64,000 bases of DNA, taken from Abditibacterium sp. GTDB taxonomy: Bacteria; Armatimonadota; Abditibacteriia; Abditibacteriales; Abditibacteriaceae. Below are positions 47,939 through 57,162 of this stretch, piece after piece (the stretch's first letter is position 1; every line of letters begins with the position of its first letter). The stretch is taken from contig OZ251992.1 of NCBI GenBank assembly GCA_965246885.1, positions 2,976,001-3,040,000 of the forward strand. The letters run 5' to 3'. A program made the translations under genes and the position numbers. The notes beneath the pieces were generated by a model, which was not told the DNA's origin, made no database searches, and saw only the letters and a list, made by a program, of their open reading frames with translations.

Positions 47939-49069
47939 TTAGCGCACCTCGATGTCTTCGCGCACGGCGATTTGCAACTCTTCTTCGTCAAACGGCGACA
48001 CCACAACTTTTCCATCCTTGTTCTCCAGACGAATCAAAACGCCCGCGATGCCCGTCGCTTCGGTAGCGGCCTCCTCGAAGGCGCGAATACAATCGTAGGA
48101 GTGCGTGGTGGCGAACACTTGAATGTCGAGCCGCTTGGCCGTCTGGAAAACCAACTTCCACATCTCGGCTTGCACGGAATAATGCAAACCGGTCTCGATT
48201 TCGTCCACCAACAGCAAGCCGCCGCCCGACGACACCAGTGCGAGCGACAAACCGAATAGTCGGTTCATGCCCTCGCCCAGACTTCGCATCGGAATCGGGT
48301 CGGGCCGCGACGACAAACGCACCATCGCTATGCGGTCGGGGTTGCCTTCACGCGCGCTCACCAAATTGACGCGCAGAAGGTGGGGCGCCACGATTTGAAG
48401 CGCGCGAATGACATCATCTTCGCGCTCCGAAAGCGCCACCTGATCCCAGTAAGAGGCCGTCGTTTTGGCATCCAACCCCCGCGACCAGATGAAGGTGTGA
48501 TTTAATTCTGCATCCATCATACGAGCCACGTTTCGCAGGTAGAAAGAATGCGCTTCAAAAGGTAGCGAGAGCGCCTTGCTGTCAAAAGCCACGATGAAAA
48601 CACGACGTGAAAGAGAAGCAAGCCTTATCTGTTCCGCGCCGTCATCAATCGCTTTGTTACCAGTAGGGAAATAAGAAAAAGTCTCGTCTTCTTCGACTTC
48701 TTGGTCTTCCACCGAAAGCACGAGTTGATTACTCGTGTCATTCAGAGAACCAATAACTAACTGTTGATCCGTGTCTTTGGCTCCTGCTCTTCCATAAAAG
48801 ACATGACGCACATCGTCCAACAACTTCGTCATTTCGCCCGACTTCATGCTGCCTGAAACATATGTTTCGTCCCGTCGCACGAGCAAACTCTGCAAAACGT
48901 TCGGTTCGCCGCGCCGCGCGTAGACCTGCAACGCTTCCAGCAAGCACGTTTTGCCGACGTTGTTTTTGCCCGTGATCAGGTTCACGCGGCCCAATTTGGG
49001 AATTTGCAAATCCTCGAAGGCGCGAAAGCCACGCACGAGTAGCGAATCTAAAACCAAGGTGTCGTCCAT
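47939..49069 (-). CDS. AAA_15/AAA_21 ABC-type ATPase
   Basis: GKNNVGKT, SLGEG, LLVDEIETGLH and FATTHS motifs. Confidence 0.92.
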   Translation of the reverse strand: MDDTLVLDSLLVRGFRAFEDLQIPKLGRVNLITGKNNVGKTCLLEALQVYARRGEPNVLQSLLVRRDETYVSGSMKSGEMTKLLDDVRHVFYGRAGAKDTDQQLVIGSLNDTSNQLVLSVEDQEVEEDETFSYFPTGNKAIDDGAEQIRLASLSRRVFIVAFDSKALSLPFEAHSFYLRNVARMMDAELNHTFIWSRGLDAKTTASYWDQVALSEREDDVIRALQIVAPHLLRVNLVSAREGNPDRIAMVRLSSRPDPIPMRSLGEGMNRLFGLSLALVSSGGGLLLVDEIETGLHYSVQAEMWKLVFQTAKRLDIQVFATTHSYDCIRAFEEAATEATGIAGVLIRLENKDGKVVVSPFDEEELQIAVREDIEVR

Positions 49070-49079
49070 AATTTTCCAG

Positions 49080-49808
49080 TCAAACAGACTCCACCGCGTT
49101 CAACAACGCGCGCAACGTCGTTTTCCCCTCATATAGCGCCTTGCCGGTGATTAAGCCTTCGATGCCTTCGACCGCTTGCAGGGGCGCCATGTCGGCGGGG
49201 CTTTGGATGCCGCCGGAGGCGATGACGGGGATGGAGACGGATTGGCAGAGGGCTTCGAGGGCGGGGAGGTTGGGGCCGGTCAGCATTCCGTCGCGCGCGA
49301 TGTCGGTGAAGATGATTCGCATGGCGCCGAGTTCTTCCATATAGGCGGCGAAGCGGATGGCGTCTATGGCGCCGGTTTCTTGCCAACCTTCGACGGCGAT
49401 TTTGCCGTCGCGCGCGTCTATTCCGGCAATGACCGCGTCGGCGTAGATGGCGAAGGCTTCCTCGGCGAAGTTCTGGTTTTTCGCCAAGACGGTGCCCAGG
49501 ATGCAGCGTTGCACGCCCGCGTCGAGCAAGGCGTCGAGGGTGTCGAACGAGCGGATGCCGCCACCGACTTGGACGGGAATCGAAAGCGCGCCTGCGATGG
49601 ACTTAATGGCCTCGAAGTTGGCGCCCTGTCCGTCGCGCGCGCCGTCGAGGTCAACGATGTGGAGCCGGGTCGCGCCCTCGTCCGCCCACTTCTGGGCCAT
49701 AGCGAGCGGGTCGTCGCCATAAACGGTCTCACGCGCGTAATCGCCTTGGAGCAGTCGGACGCACTTGCCACCGCGAATATCAATGGCGGGGATGATTTGG
49801 AATGACAT
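49080..49808 (-). CDS. hisA: ProFAR isomerase
   Basis: IPAIDIRGGKCVRL.QG, HIVDLDGA, GGGIR and TDIARDG motifs. Confidence 0.96.
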   Translation of the reverse strand: MSFQIIPAIDIRGGKCVRLLQGDYARETVYGDDPLAMAQKWADEGATRLHIVDLDGARDGQGANFEAIKSIAGALSIPVQVGGGIRSFDTLDALLDAGVQRCILGTVLAKNQNFAEEAFAIYADAVIAGIDARDGKIAVEGWQETGAIDAIRFAAYMEELGAMRIIFTDIARDGMLTGPNLPALEALCQSVSIPVIASGGIQSPADMAPLQAVEGIEGLITGKALYEGKTTLRALLNAVESV

Positions 49809-49823
49809 GGAGAGTTAGTCTGC

Positions 49824-51065
49824 TCAGGCAACGCCCGTTTCGGGGCGAAGCGGCACGCTGAGGATAAAAGTTGCGCCTTCGCCGGGCGGACTTTCGATGC
49901 GGATGCAGCCGCCGTGAGCGCGCGCCACAAGGTCGCAAAATGTCAGCCCAAGTCCGGTGCCTCCTTCGACGTTTGTGGCGGAGTTCGGGTTGTTGGCCTG
50001 CGCAAATTTCTGGAAGATGCGCTCGCGTTCTTCGGGAGCGATGCCTTGGCCCGAGTCGGAAACAGCAAACGCGACGTGATCGTTTTCGCGGCGCGCTTCG
50101 AGCGAAACGGAGCTCCGAACCGGCGAAAACTTCAGGGCGTTGCCGAGCAAATTGACGAGCGCGCGCTGCAATTTGTCCTCGTCGGCCCGAAAGGGGGGCA
50201 AGTCGCTCTCGCTCCCGACGGACAGCGTGATGCCGCGATAGGTGGCGATGGAGGCGACTTGGCGCGCCGCCCCTTCGATGAGCGCTGCCGCGTTCACGTC
50301 TTGCCAGTTCAAATCCCATGTGCCGCTTTGCATCTTGGCGACATCCAAAATGGTGTTGACCAAGGACAGCACCCGCTCGCCGCCATGCAGCGAAAGCGAC
50401 AGCATTTCCTGTTGGTCGGCGTTGAGTTGTCCAAGCGAGGGAACCAACTGCAAGCCCATCAGCAAAGAGGAAAGCGGCGTTCGCAGGTCGTGAACCAGCA
50501 TCTGCACCGCTTCTTCGCCCGAAGCGCGCGCTTGGTAAACGTCGCTCAGGTTCGTGCGTAGCTGCGCGGTCGCCACACGCAACTCGACTTCGGACATCGC
50601 CGCCGCCGCCAACCCGCGCAGAATTTCGATATCACCCTCGCTCCACTGACGCGGCACGAAATCAATGGCGCAAAAGGAGCCGAGCGTGTGGCCTTGCGAC
50701 GTGACGAGCGGAATGCCCGCATACGCCACGACATTGGCTTCGAGGGTGCTCAGGTTGTCTTTGACGAGCGGATGCACGCGCGCGTCCTCGATGAGCATCG
50801 CTTCGCCGGACGCGACGACGTGCTTGCAAAACGAATGAGAATGCGGCGTTTGGCGCGCTTCGCACCACGAGATGTTCTGGCTTTTGAAAAACTGGCGCTC
50901 GGCGTCCACAAGGGAAACCAGCGCAATCGGCACGCCCAGCACTTTGCTGGCTAAGGTCGTCAGCCGGTCAAAAGCCGCTTCGGGCGCGGTGTCGAGCAAA
51001 CCGCTTTCTTGAAGCGCGGCCAAGCGCTGCGGATCGTTGACGCGATTAGAAACATCGAAAGACAT
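49824..51065 (-). CDS. GAF sensor histidine kinase
   Basis: GAF (FDRLT..SFC.H..YAGIPL), H box HDLRTPL, and N/G1/G2 boxes. Confidence 0.93.
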   Translation of the reverse strand: MSFDVSNRVNDPQRLAALQESGLLDTAPEAAFDRLTTLASKVLGVPIALVSLVDAERQFFKSQNISWCEARQTPHSHSFCKHVVASGEAMLIEDARVHPLVKDNLSTLEANVVAYAGIPLVTSQGHTLGSFCAIDFVPRQWSEGDIEILRGLAAAAMSEVELRVATAQLRTNLSDVYQARASGEEAVQMLVHDLRTPLSSLLMGLQLVPSLGQLNADQQEMLSLSLHGGERVLSLVNTILDVAKMQSGTWDLNWQDVNAAALIEGAARQVASIATYRGITLSVGSESDLPPFRADEDKLQRALVNLLGNALKFSPVRSSVSLEARRENDHVAFAVSDSGQGIAPEERERIFQKFAQANNPNSATNVEGGTGLGLTFCDLVARAHGGCIRIESPPGEGATFILSVPLRPETGVA

Positions 51066-51107
51066 AGAATTTCCTTCCACTGAAACGAACCGCGCGCGAA
51101 GCACGCT

Positions 51108-51674
51108 TTACAAACCCGGCAGTTGATGCCAATTGCTGAGTAACTTGAGCGATTGGAGGCGTTCGGAGTCTACGCGGACTTCGCTGATAGCTTCTAAATG
51201 AATGGTGGCTTCGCGGTCAATGACGCCGTAAGGGTCGAAGACTTCGAGGGTCATGGTTTCGAGTTCGACGCTCTTGACGGCGCCGTTGTCGAAGTCTTCG
51301 GCGGCGACTTCGACCGTGACCAGCAACTCCTCGCGCTGCGCGGCCATCAGTATCTCGACGACGAGGTTGGTTTGCGCGTCGAAGTCAGACACCAGCACAG
51401 TCGGGAACTGCTGCTTACGGGCGCTGAACAGGAAGGCGAGGCGCTCCAAGTAGCGCCCCTCGGTGTCCACGCGGAAGATGGAATCGCAGTATTTGAGGAC
51501 GTAGCCGTCGTAGCGGCCTTCGGGCGATAGGTGGCGCAGGATGACGTGCGTTTCGGACACGGCTTCGATCCAGCCCGCGAGAAAGGCGCGCGGGTTGTCG
51601 GGGTTGCAATAGATGGCGACGGGCATATCGCCTTGGCGCGCCTTGAGCAAGACGTTGTAAAACGGTTCGTTCAT
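51108..51674 (-). CDS. Hypothetical protein with two internal beta-rich repeats
   Basis: Host-like codon usage; two similar halves (..LSPEGRYDG.. / ..FDPYGVID..). Confidence 0.7.
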   Translation of the reverse strand: MNEPFYNVLLKARQGDMPVAIYCNPDNPRAFLAGWIEAVSETHVILRHLSPEGRYDGYVLKYCDSIFRVDTEGRYLERLAFLFSARKQQFPTVLVSDFDAQTNLVVEILMAAQREELLVTVEVAAEDFDNGAVKSVELETMTLEVFDPYGVIDREATIHLEAISEVRVDSERLQSLKLLSNWHQLPGL

Positions 51675-51727
51675 TTGGTGGCCCGCAGTTTAAACACGCG
51701 GCGTTTGAAGGGGTTTAACTTGCTGTC

Positions 51728-53409
51728 ATGTCCGAATTGCCCACCAAAGAAACGCAGCAAGTCGAATTCAAAAGCGATTTGAAGAAATTGTCCGACCGCG
51801 AACTCATGGGGACAGTTGTCTGCTTGGCCAACAGCGAGGGAGGCGATATTTACTTGGGCGTCGAAGATGACGGGACACCGACCGGGCTTCACCGCGAACA
51901 CCAAAACGTCGAAACGTTGGCCGCATTCGTCGCCAACCTCACCCTCCCGCCCGTGCCGGTGCGCGTGGAAAAGCTGAACGAGGCCGGAGTAAGCGTGGCC
52001 AAAATCAGCGTGCCTCGCTCTCAAACGGTGGTGGCAACCAGCGAAGGATTATCGCTCCGGCGACGTCTTAAAGCCGACGGCACACCGGAGTGCGTGCCCT
52101 TCCCTCCGCACGAACACCCGTCGCGTCAGAGTCGAATTAGCGCCCTCGACGTTTCGCTCCAAGCAGTCGCACAGGCGACGTTAGACGATTTAGACCCACT
52201 CGAACGGGCGCGACTGCGCGCGGTTATCGAACGCTACAAAGGCGAAAAGGCGCTTCTTGGGTTGGACGATGAAGAGTTAAATGGCGTGTTGGAGTTTACG
52301 ACGACATTTGAAGGGCGCACCGTTCCCACGCTGTGCGGCTTGCTGTTGCTGGGTAAAGAGGCTTCGCTTCGTAGGTTGGTGCCTACCCACGAAGTCGCGT
52401 TTCAAGTGCTGGATGAAACTTCCGTCAAGACCAACTATTTCTCCCGCGCCCCACTTTTGCGGGTTTTTGAAGCGATTTATGAGAACTCGTTTTTGCAAAT
52501 CGAGCGCGACGACGATGAGATTCAAGTCGGGATGTTCCGCGTGGCAGTTCCAGCCTACGAGCGGAGCGTGTTTCGAGAAGCCTTTGTGAACGCTCTTGTC
52601 CACCGCGACTTTTCGCGCATGGGCGCGGTTCATATCCAAGCGCAAATCGGCAGCGAGCCGCATCTTTCGCTGTCCAACCCCGGTGGTTTTGTCGAGGGCG
52701 TAAGCGTCTCGAACATTCTCGACACCCCGCCACGCCCGCGCAACCCCCGGCTCGCGGACGTTCTCAAACGCATCGGGCTGGCCGAGCGCACAGGGCGAGG
52801 AGTTGATCTCATCTTTTCCGGCGTGTTACGCTACGGACGCCCCGCGCCCGATTATAGCGCTCCAACGATGCGGGGGTTGTGGTGCGTCTGTCGGGAATTC
52901 AGCCCGACCTACCGTTTCTCCAACTAGGGTTGGAAGAGGAGCAACGTTTGGGGCACGGTCTGCCGCTCCCGATGCTGTTGGCGCTTTCCGCCTTACACCA
53001 CGAGCGCCGTTTGACGTGCGAGCAGATGGCGCCTCACCTTCAAAAATCCTCCAATGTCGCCCGCGCGACACTCGAAAAGTTGGTAGAGCAAGGGCTGGTC
53101 GAAGCACACAATGACGGCGCCGAGCGCGCTTACACCCTCAGTCGGCAAATCTATCGGCGTTTGGGCCAAAGCGCGCATTACATCCGGCAAACAGCTTCCG
53201 GCCCATTGGAACATCACGAACTGGTCAGAAAATTTGTCGCCGCAAACGGTTCCATCAAGCGAGCGCAAGTCGTCGAACTTTGCCGCGTCGAACCCAAACA
53301 AGCGACCCAGTTGCTCCTGATGATGGAAGCCCAACATGTCCTCCAACGCCGGGGAGCGCGACGCGGAACAAGCTACTTTCCGGGAAAGGCTTGGGACGAA
53401 GCCTCCTAA
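51728..53409 (+). pseudogene. Schlafen/AlbA_2 + HATPase_c_4 + wHTH protein with a frameshift near 52858
   Basis: ETQQVEFKSD, ANSEGG..GVED, REAFVNALVHRD and ERTGRG. ORFs 51728-52927 and 52879-53409 join if one base is restored. Confidence 0.8.
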
Positions 53410-53557
53410 AAACGCCCCCCAACCCAGTTATGACCCGCACTATAACCCAGAAGTCATAGTTATGACCTACAGGTCATAAAGAATTCATAACGCGAAGTTT
53501 CATCCACGCCCCCTCCGTGTTCATCTGTGGGCGAGAAAGGGCGTCAAACTGTTCGCT

Positions 53558-54955
53558 ATGAAACCGCGCTACTGGATACAAACCTACGGCTGCCAGATGA
53601 ACGTCCACGACTCCGAACGGATGGCGGGCATGCTCGAATCGCTGGGCCTCGCCGCAACAGATAAGGCGGAGGATGCCGATGTGATTCTGCTCAACACCTG
53701 CGCGGTGCGCGAGCGGCCCGAACAGAAGCTGTATTCCGACTTGGGGCGCTTGCGGACGCTCAAGGTCGCTAAGCCGAACCTGCTGATTGGCGTCGCGGGC
53801 TGTATGGCGCAACGCGAGGCGGACTCGATTCGGCGCCGCGTGCCCGAAGTGGACATCCTGCTCGGCCCGCGCAATTTGCATCACTTGCCGCTCCTCGTCC
53901 GCCAAGCGCAAAGCGGCGGCGGGCAAGCGGGGTTTGGCTTGGGACTCGATACCGACCCCACGCCCGTTACGCCGGTTCGCCGCACGAGCGCCACGAGCGC
54001 GTGGGTGGACGTGATTTTCGGCTGCAATTTCAAATGCACCTACTGCGCCGTGCCGAGCGCGCGCGGTCGGGAAATCTCGCGGCGCCCGTCAGAAGTTCTC
54101 GATGAAATCCGCGCGCTGAGCGATTTGGGCTACCGCGAGATTACCCTGCTCGGCCAAACCGTCAACGCCTACGGGCACGACTTGGGGCGCCTCGACGACG
54201 GCACGCGGCTCGACTTTGTGTGGCTGCTCGAACAAATCAACGCCATCAACCCTGACTTGCGCATCCGCTTCACCTCGCCGCACCCGATGTATTTCTCCGA
54301 TGCCTTGGTGGACGCCATCGCGCAGTTGCCAAGCGTGTGCGAGCACTTGCACATGCCGATGCAGTCGGGCGACGACGCGGTTTTGAAGCGCATGAAGCGC
54401 ACCTATTCGGTCGAACGCTACCGCGCCATCGTCGAGAAAGTGCGCGCGCGGATGCCGGACGTCACCCTTACAACGGATGCCATCGTCGGCTTTTGCGGCG
54501 AGACGGACGCGGAGTTTGAAAACACCCTGCGCGTCTTCCGCGAAGTGCGCTTTGACCAAGCGTTCATGTTCGCGTATTCGCCGCGCCACACGACTGAAGC
54601 CTTCGATTGGCCCGACGATGTGCCCGCGCCGGTGAAAAAGGAGCGCCTCAACCGCTTGATAGATTTGCAAGCCGACATCTCGCGCGACATCAACGGCGCC
54701 CTCGTCGGTAAACGCTTCGAGGTGTTGGTCGAAGGGCCAAGTGACAAAGACCCCACCCGCTTGGCGGGCCGCACGCGCGGCGGGAAGTTGATGATTTTCC
54801 CCGGCACACTCGCCGATGTTCCCGTCGGCACGCTCGTCGAAGTCGAAGCGCGCGAGGGGTTCTTGTGGGGCTTCACTGGCGAACTGTCGCGCGTGGTGAC
54901 GCCCACAACGACCCGCGCGCCGCGCGTCTTGATGGAGCTAACGATGGCGGGGTAA
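53558..54955 (+). CDS. miaB: tRNA methylthiotransferase MiaB
   Basis: TYGCQMN..DSE, NTC.VRE, CNFKCTYC and a TRAM domain. Confidence 0.95.
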   Translation: MKPRYWIQTYGCQMNVHDSERMAGMLESLGLAATDKAEDADVILLNTCAVRERPEQKLYSDLGRLRTLKVAKPNLLIGVAGCMAQREADSIRRRVPEVDILLGPRNLHHLPLLVRQAQSGGGQAGFGLGLDTDPTPVTPVRRTSATSAWVDVIFGCNFKCTYCAVPSARGREISRRPSEVLDEIRALSDLGYREITLLGQTVNAYGHDLGRLDDGTRLDFVWLLEQINAINPDLRIRFTSPHPMYFSDALVDAIAQLPSVCEHLHMPMQSGDDAVLKRMKRTYSVERYRAIVEKVRARMPDVTLTTDAIVGFCGETDAEFENTLRVFREVRFDQAFMFAYSPRHTTEAFDWPDDVPAPVKKERLNRLIDLQADISRDINGALVGKRFEVLVEGPSDKDPTRLAGRTRGGKLMIFPGTLADVPVGTLVEVEAREGFLWGFTGELSRVVTPTTTRAPRVLMELTMAG

Positions 54956-54985
54956 ACCTTCCGCGCACTTTCCCGTTTGGCCTAA

Positions 54986-56143
54986 ATGATGTTTCACCGT
55001 CTTCTACTTATGCGCTGGATTGCCATTCTCGCCGTCGCTTCGGCGTGCGCCCTGCCATTGTGGGCGCAAGGCGGCGCCGATTTGCCCGACTTCGATGCGC
55101 AAAGCAAGGCACTCTCCGCGCCGCGCGTGGATACGGTTGACCAACTCCGCGACCAAGGCCGCGCGCTGCTCGGCAAAACGGTCGAACTGCGCGGCGTCGT
55201 TCAAGGCGTGTCGGAGGGCGGCAACTCGCTGTCCATCTTGCTCGAACTTCCCGGCGGGCAAACGCAAGTTATCAGCGCCACACCCTCTTTCAAGAGTTCG
55301 CCCGCCGGACGCGCGGGGAACTGGGTGAGGTTGCTTTGCCGCGTGCAAGCGACGGTGGGCGACGACGCCCTCTTGCAACTCGTGAACGCTTCGGCGAAGC
55401 GGCCCACCGCTTCGGACGCCGATAGTGACAAGGGCGCGACGCTCGCCGTCCCCGCTTACGCGCCGGGAGCGCCCCCGCCGTCGCAGGTATTGGCCCCGGA
55501 AACGACGACCGACACCGGCATTGTCATCGGGCCGGAAGTTGAACTGCCCGCCGCCCTCCCCGTTCCCAAGCGGGACGGCGCTACCCGCAGGAGAGACACT
55601 GCTACTCCCAAGAGAGACGGCGCTCCTCGCACCATTGTCCCCCGCGACAACGCTTTTTACGGCTTTGACGATCCCAGCCGCGCGGCTTTCGCCTCGCTCG
55701 CGCTACGCACCAACCCGCGCTTGGGTTCCGACCGCGCCGACGAAATCGCCACTTCCCTGCTGGACGCCGCGCAAAGCCAGCACCTCGACCCGCGCTTTTT
55801 GGCGGCGGTCGTTCAAGTCGAGTCCGGCTTCAACCCCTACGCCGTCTCCGGCGCGGGCGCGATGGGCTTGGGCCAACTCATGCCGTTCAACCTGCGACCG
55901 CTCGGCGTCTACGACGCTTGGGATCCAGCCCAAAACCTGCGCGGCGCCGCCCGGTTGCTCCGCCAAAATCTGAACGTTTATGCGCGCGACGCCAACGGCA
56001 CCATGCTCGCCGTCGCCGCGTATCATGCGGGCGTGGGCGCCGTCAACCGCGCCGGACGCGCCATCCCTAAAGCCACCACGCAAAAGTATGTGTGGAAGGT
56101 CTACTACGCCTACCGCGCCTTGGCGCCGGAATTGTTCCGCTAA
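54986..56143 (+). CDS. Lytic transglycosylase (SLT) with N-terminal extension (start may be 55010)
   Basis: VESGFNPYAVS..GAMGLGQLMP and AAYHAG; signal peptide. Confidence 0.9.
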   Translation: MMFHRLLLMRWIAILAVASACALPLWAQGGADLPDFDAQSKALSAPRVDTVDQLRDQGRALLGKTVELRGVVQGVSEGGNSLSILLELPGGQTQVISATPSFKSSPAGRAGNWVRLLCRVQATVGDDALLQLVNASAKRPTASDADSDKGATLAVPAYAPGAPPPSQVLAPETTTDTGIVIGPEVELPAALPVPKRDGATRRRDTATPKRDGAPRTIVPRDNAFYGFDDPSRAAFASLALRTNPRLGSDRADEIATSLLDAAQSQHLDPRFLAAVVQVESGFNPYAVSGAGAMGLGQLMPFNLRPLGVYDAWDPAQNLRGAARLLRQNLNVYARDANGTMLAVAAYHAGVGAVNRAGRAIPKATTQKYVWKVYYAYRALAPELFR

Positions 56144-56152
56144 CCACCCACC

Positions 56153-56590
56153 ATGACCGGATTCGTTCACGCTTCCATCGGCGCCGCTTTGGGGCGCTAT
56201 CTCAAGAACCCCGCGCTCGCTTTTGTCGTGGGCGTCGCGTCGCACGTCGTTGGCGACATGATTCCCCATCACGACATGGACATTGGCGAAACGCCGCTTG
56301 TGTTCGGCACCCTCGCGCAGATTGGCCGCGTGCACGGATGGAAGTCGCCGCAGTTTTGGGGTGCGCTGGGCGCCGTTTGCCCCGACTTCGAGCACATCCC
56401 CTATGAACTCAAGCGCGACCCGCGCCGCTACGAGCCGATGAAAGAGAAGTTCATCCCCACTCACAACGGCAAACTCCCGCACCGCAAGTGGCCCTTCGAG
56501 GAAAAGTGGGGCGTCATGTTCAACTTCGCCGTGTTCATTCTGGGCCTGTGGATAGCGGGCACGCTCGTGACGGGCCGGGAGGGGAAGTAA
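56153..56590 (+). CDS. Membrane protein, possible metal-dependent hydrolase
   Basis: H..IGA, SH..GD..PHHD and PD..H motifs. Confidence 0.7.
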   Translation: MTGFVHASIGAALGRYLKNPALAFVVGVASHVVGDMIPHHDMDIGETPLVFGTLAQIGRVHGWKSPQFWGALGAVCPDFEHIPYELKRDPRRYEPMKEKFIPTHNGKLPHRKWPFEEKWGVMFNFAVFILGLWIAGTLVTGREGK

Positions 56591-57030
56591 TGGCACTGCG
56601 AAAGGAGGGGCAATACAGTTACGGTGACTCCAACCTCGACATTCGGGAGGGGTTGACAAGATATAGCCGCAAACAGGGTTGTTTGGCTGTGCACTTTGCG
56701 GATGCTGTTTGCGGCTGTGGCAGCAAGGTGTTCCATCTTTCGCTTGAGGACACCGAAGGTGCGGCAATTCGTGAGTGCATAAGTTGCAAGGCCGAGCATC
56801 CAATCGGCGACAGCCAAGACTATCTTGAGGACGCAGAGCTTAAGGAATGTCAGTGCCCCTGCGGTTCAGGCGCGTTTGAAATAACGGCTGGCGTTGCGCT
56901 GTATGGAAACAGCGAGGATGTCAAATGGCTCTACATCGGTTGCCGTTGCGTCAAGTGCGGTTTAACCGCGTGCTACGGCGACTGGAAAAACGAGTACAAC
57001 GGCTTCAGTAAGCTCCTGAGCCGCATTTAG
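56590..57030 (+). CDS. Cys-rich hypothetical protein
   Basis: CGC, CISC, CQCPC and CRCVKC; ATG overlaps the previous stop. Confidence 0.75.
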   Translation: MALRKEGQYSYGDSNLDIREGLTRYSRKQGCLAVHFADAVCGCGSKVFHLSLEDTEGAAIRECISCKAEHPIGDSQDYLEDAELKECQCPCGSGAFEITAGVALYGNSEDVKWLYIGCRCVKCGLTACYGDWKNEYNGFSKLLSRI

Positions 57031-57162
57031 AAGTTCCGCTCGCCTGCAACCCGACAAGCCGCTGCTCTACCCTCCGTCGCGCCTCTGTCCCGCCGCCCCG
57101 TGAGTGTGAGGGGAGCCTGTCACGCAGCGTACGATGGCGCACGCATTGCGGCAAAACCGTCC

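Noticed and set aside
47214..49069. Retron (ATPase + nuclease + ncRNA)
   Set aside because: There is no reverse transcriptase in the window, and the candidate RNA is too short for msr-msd.
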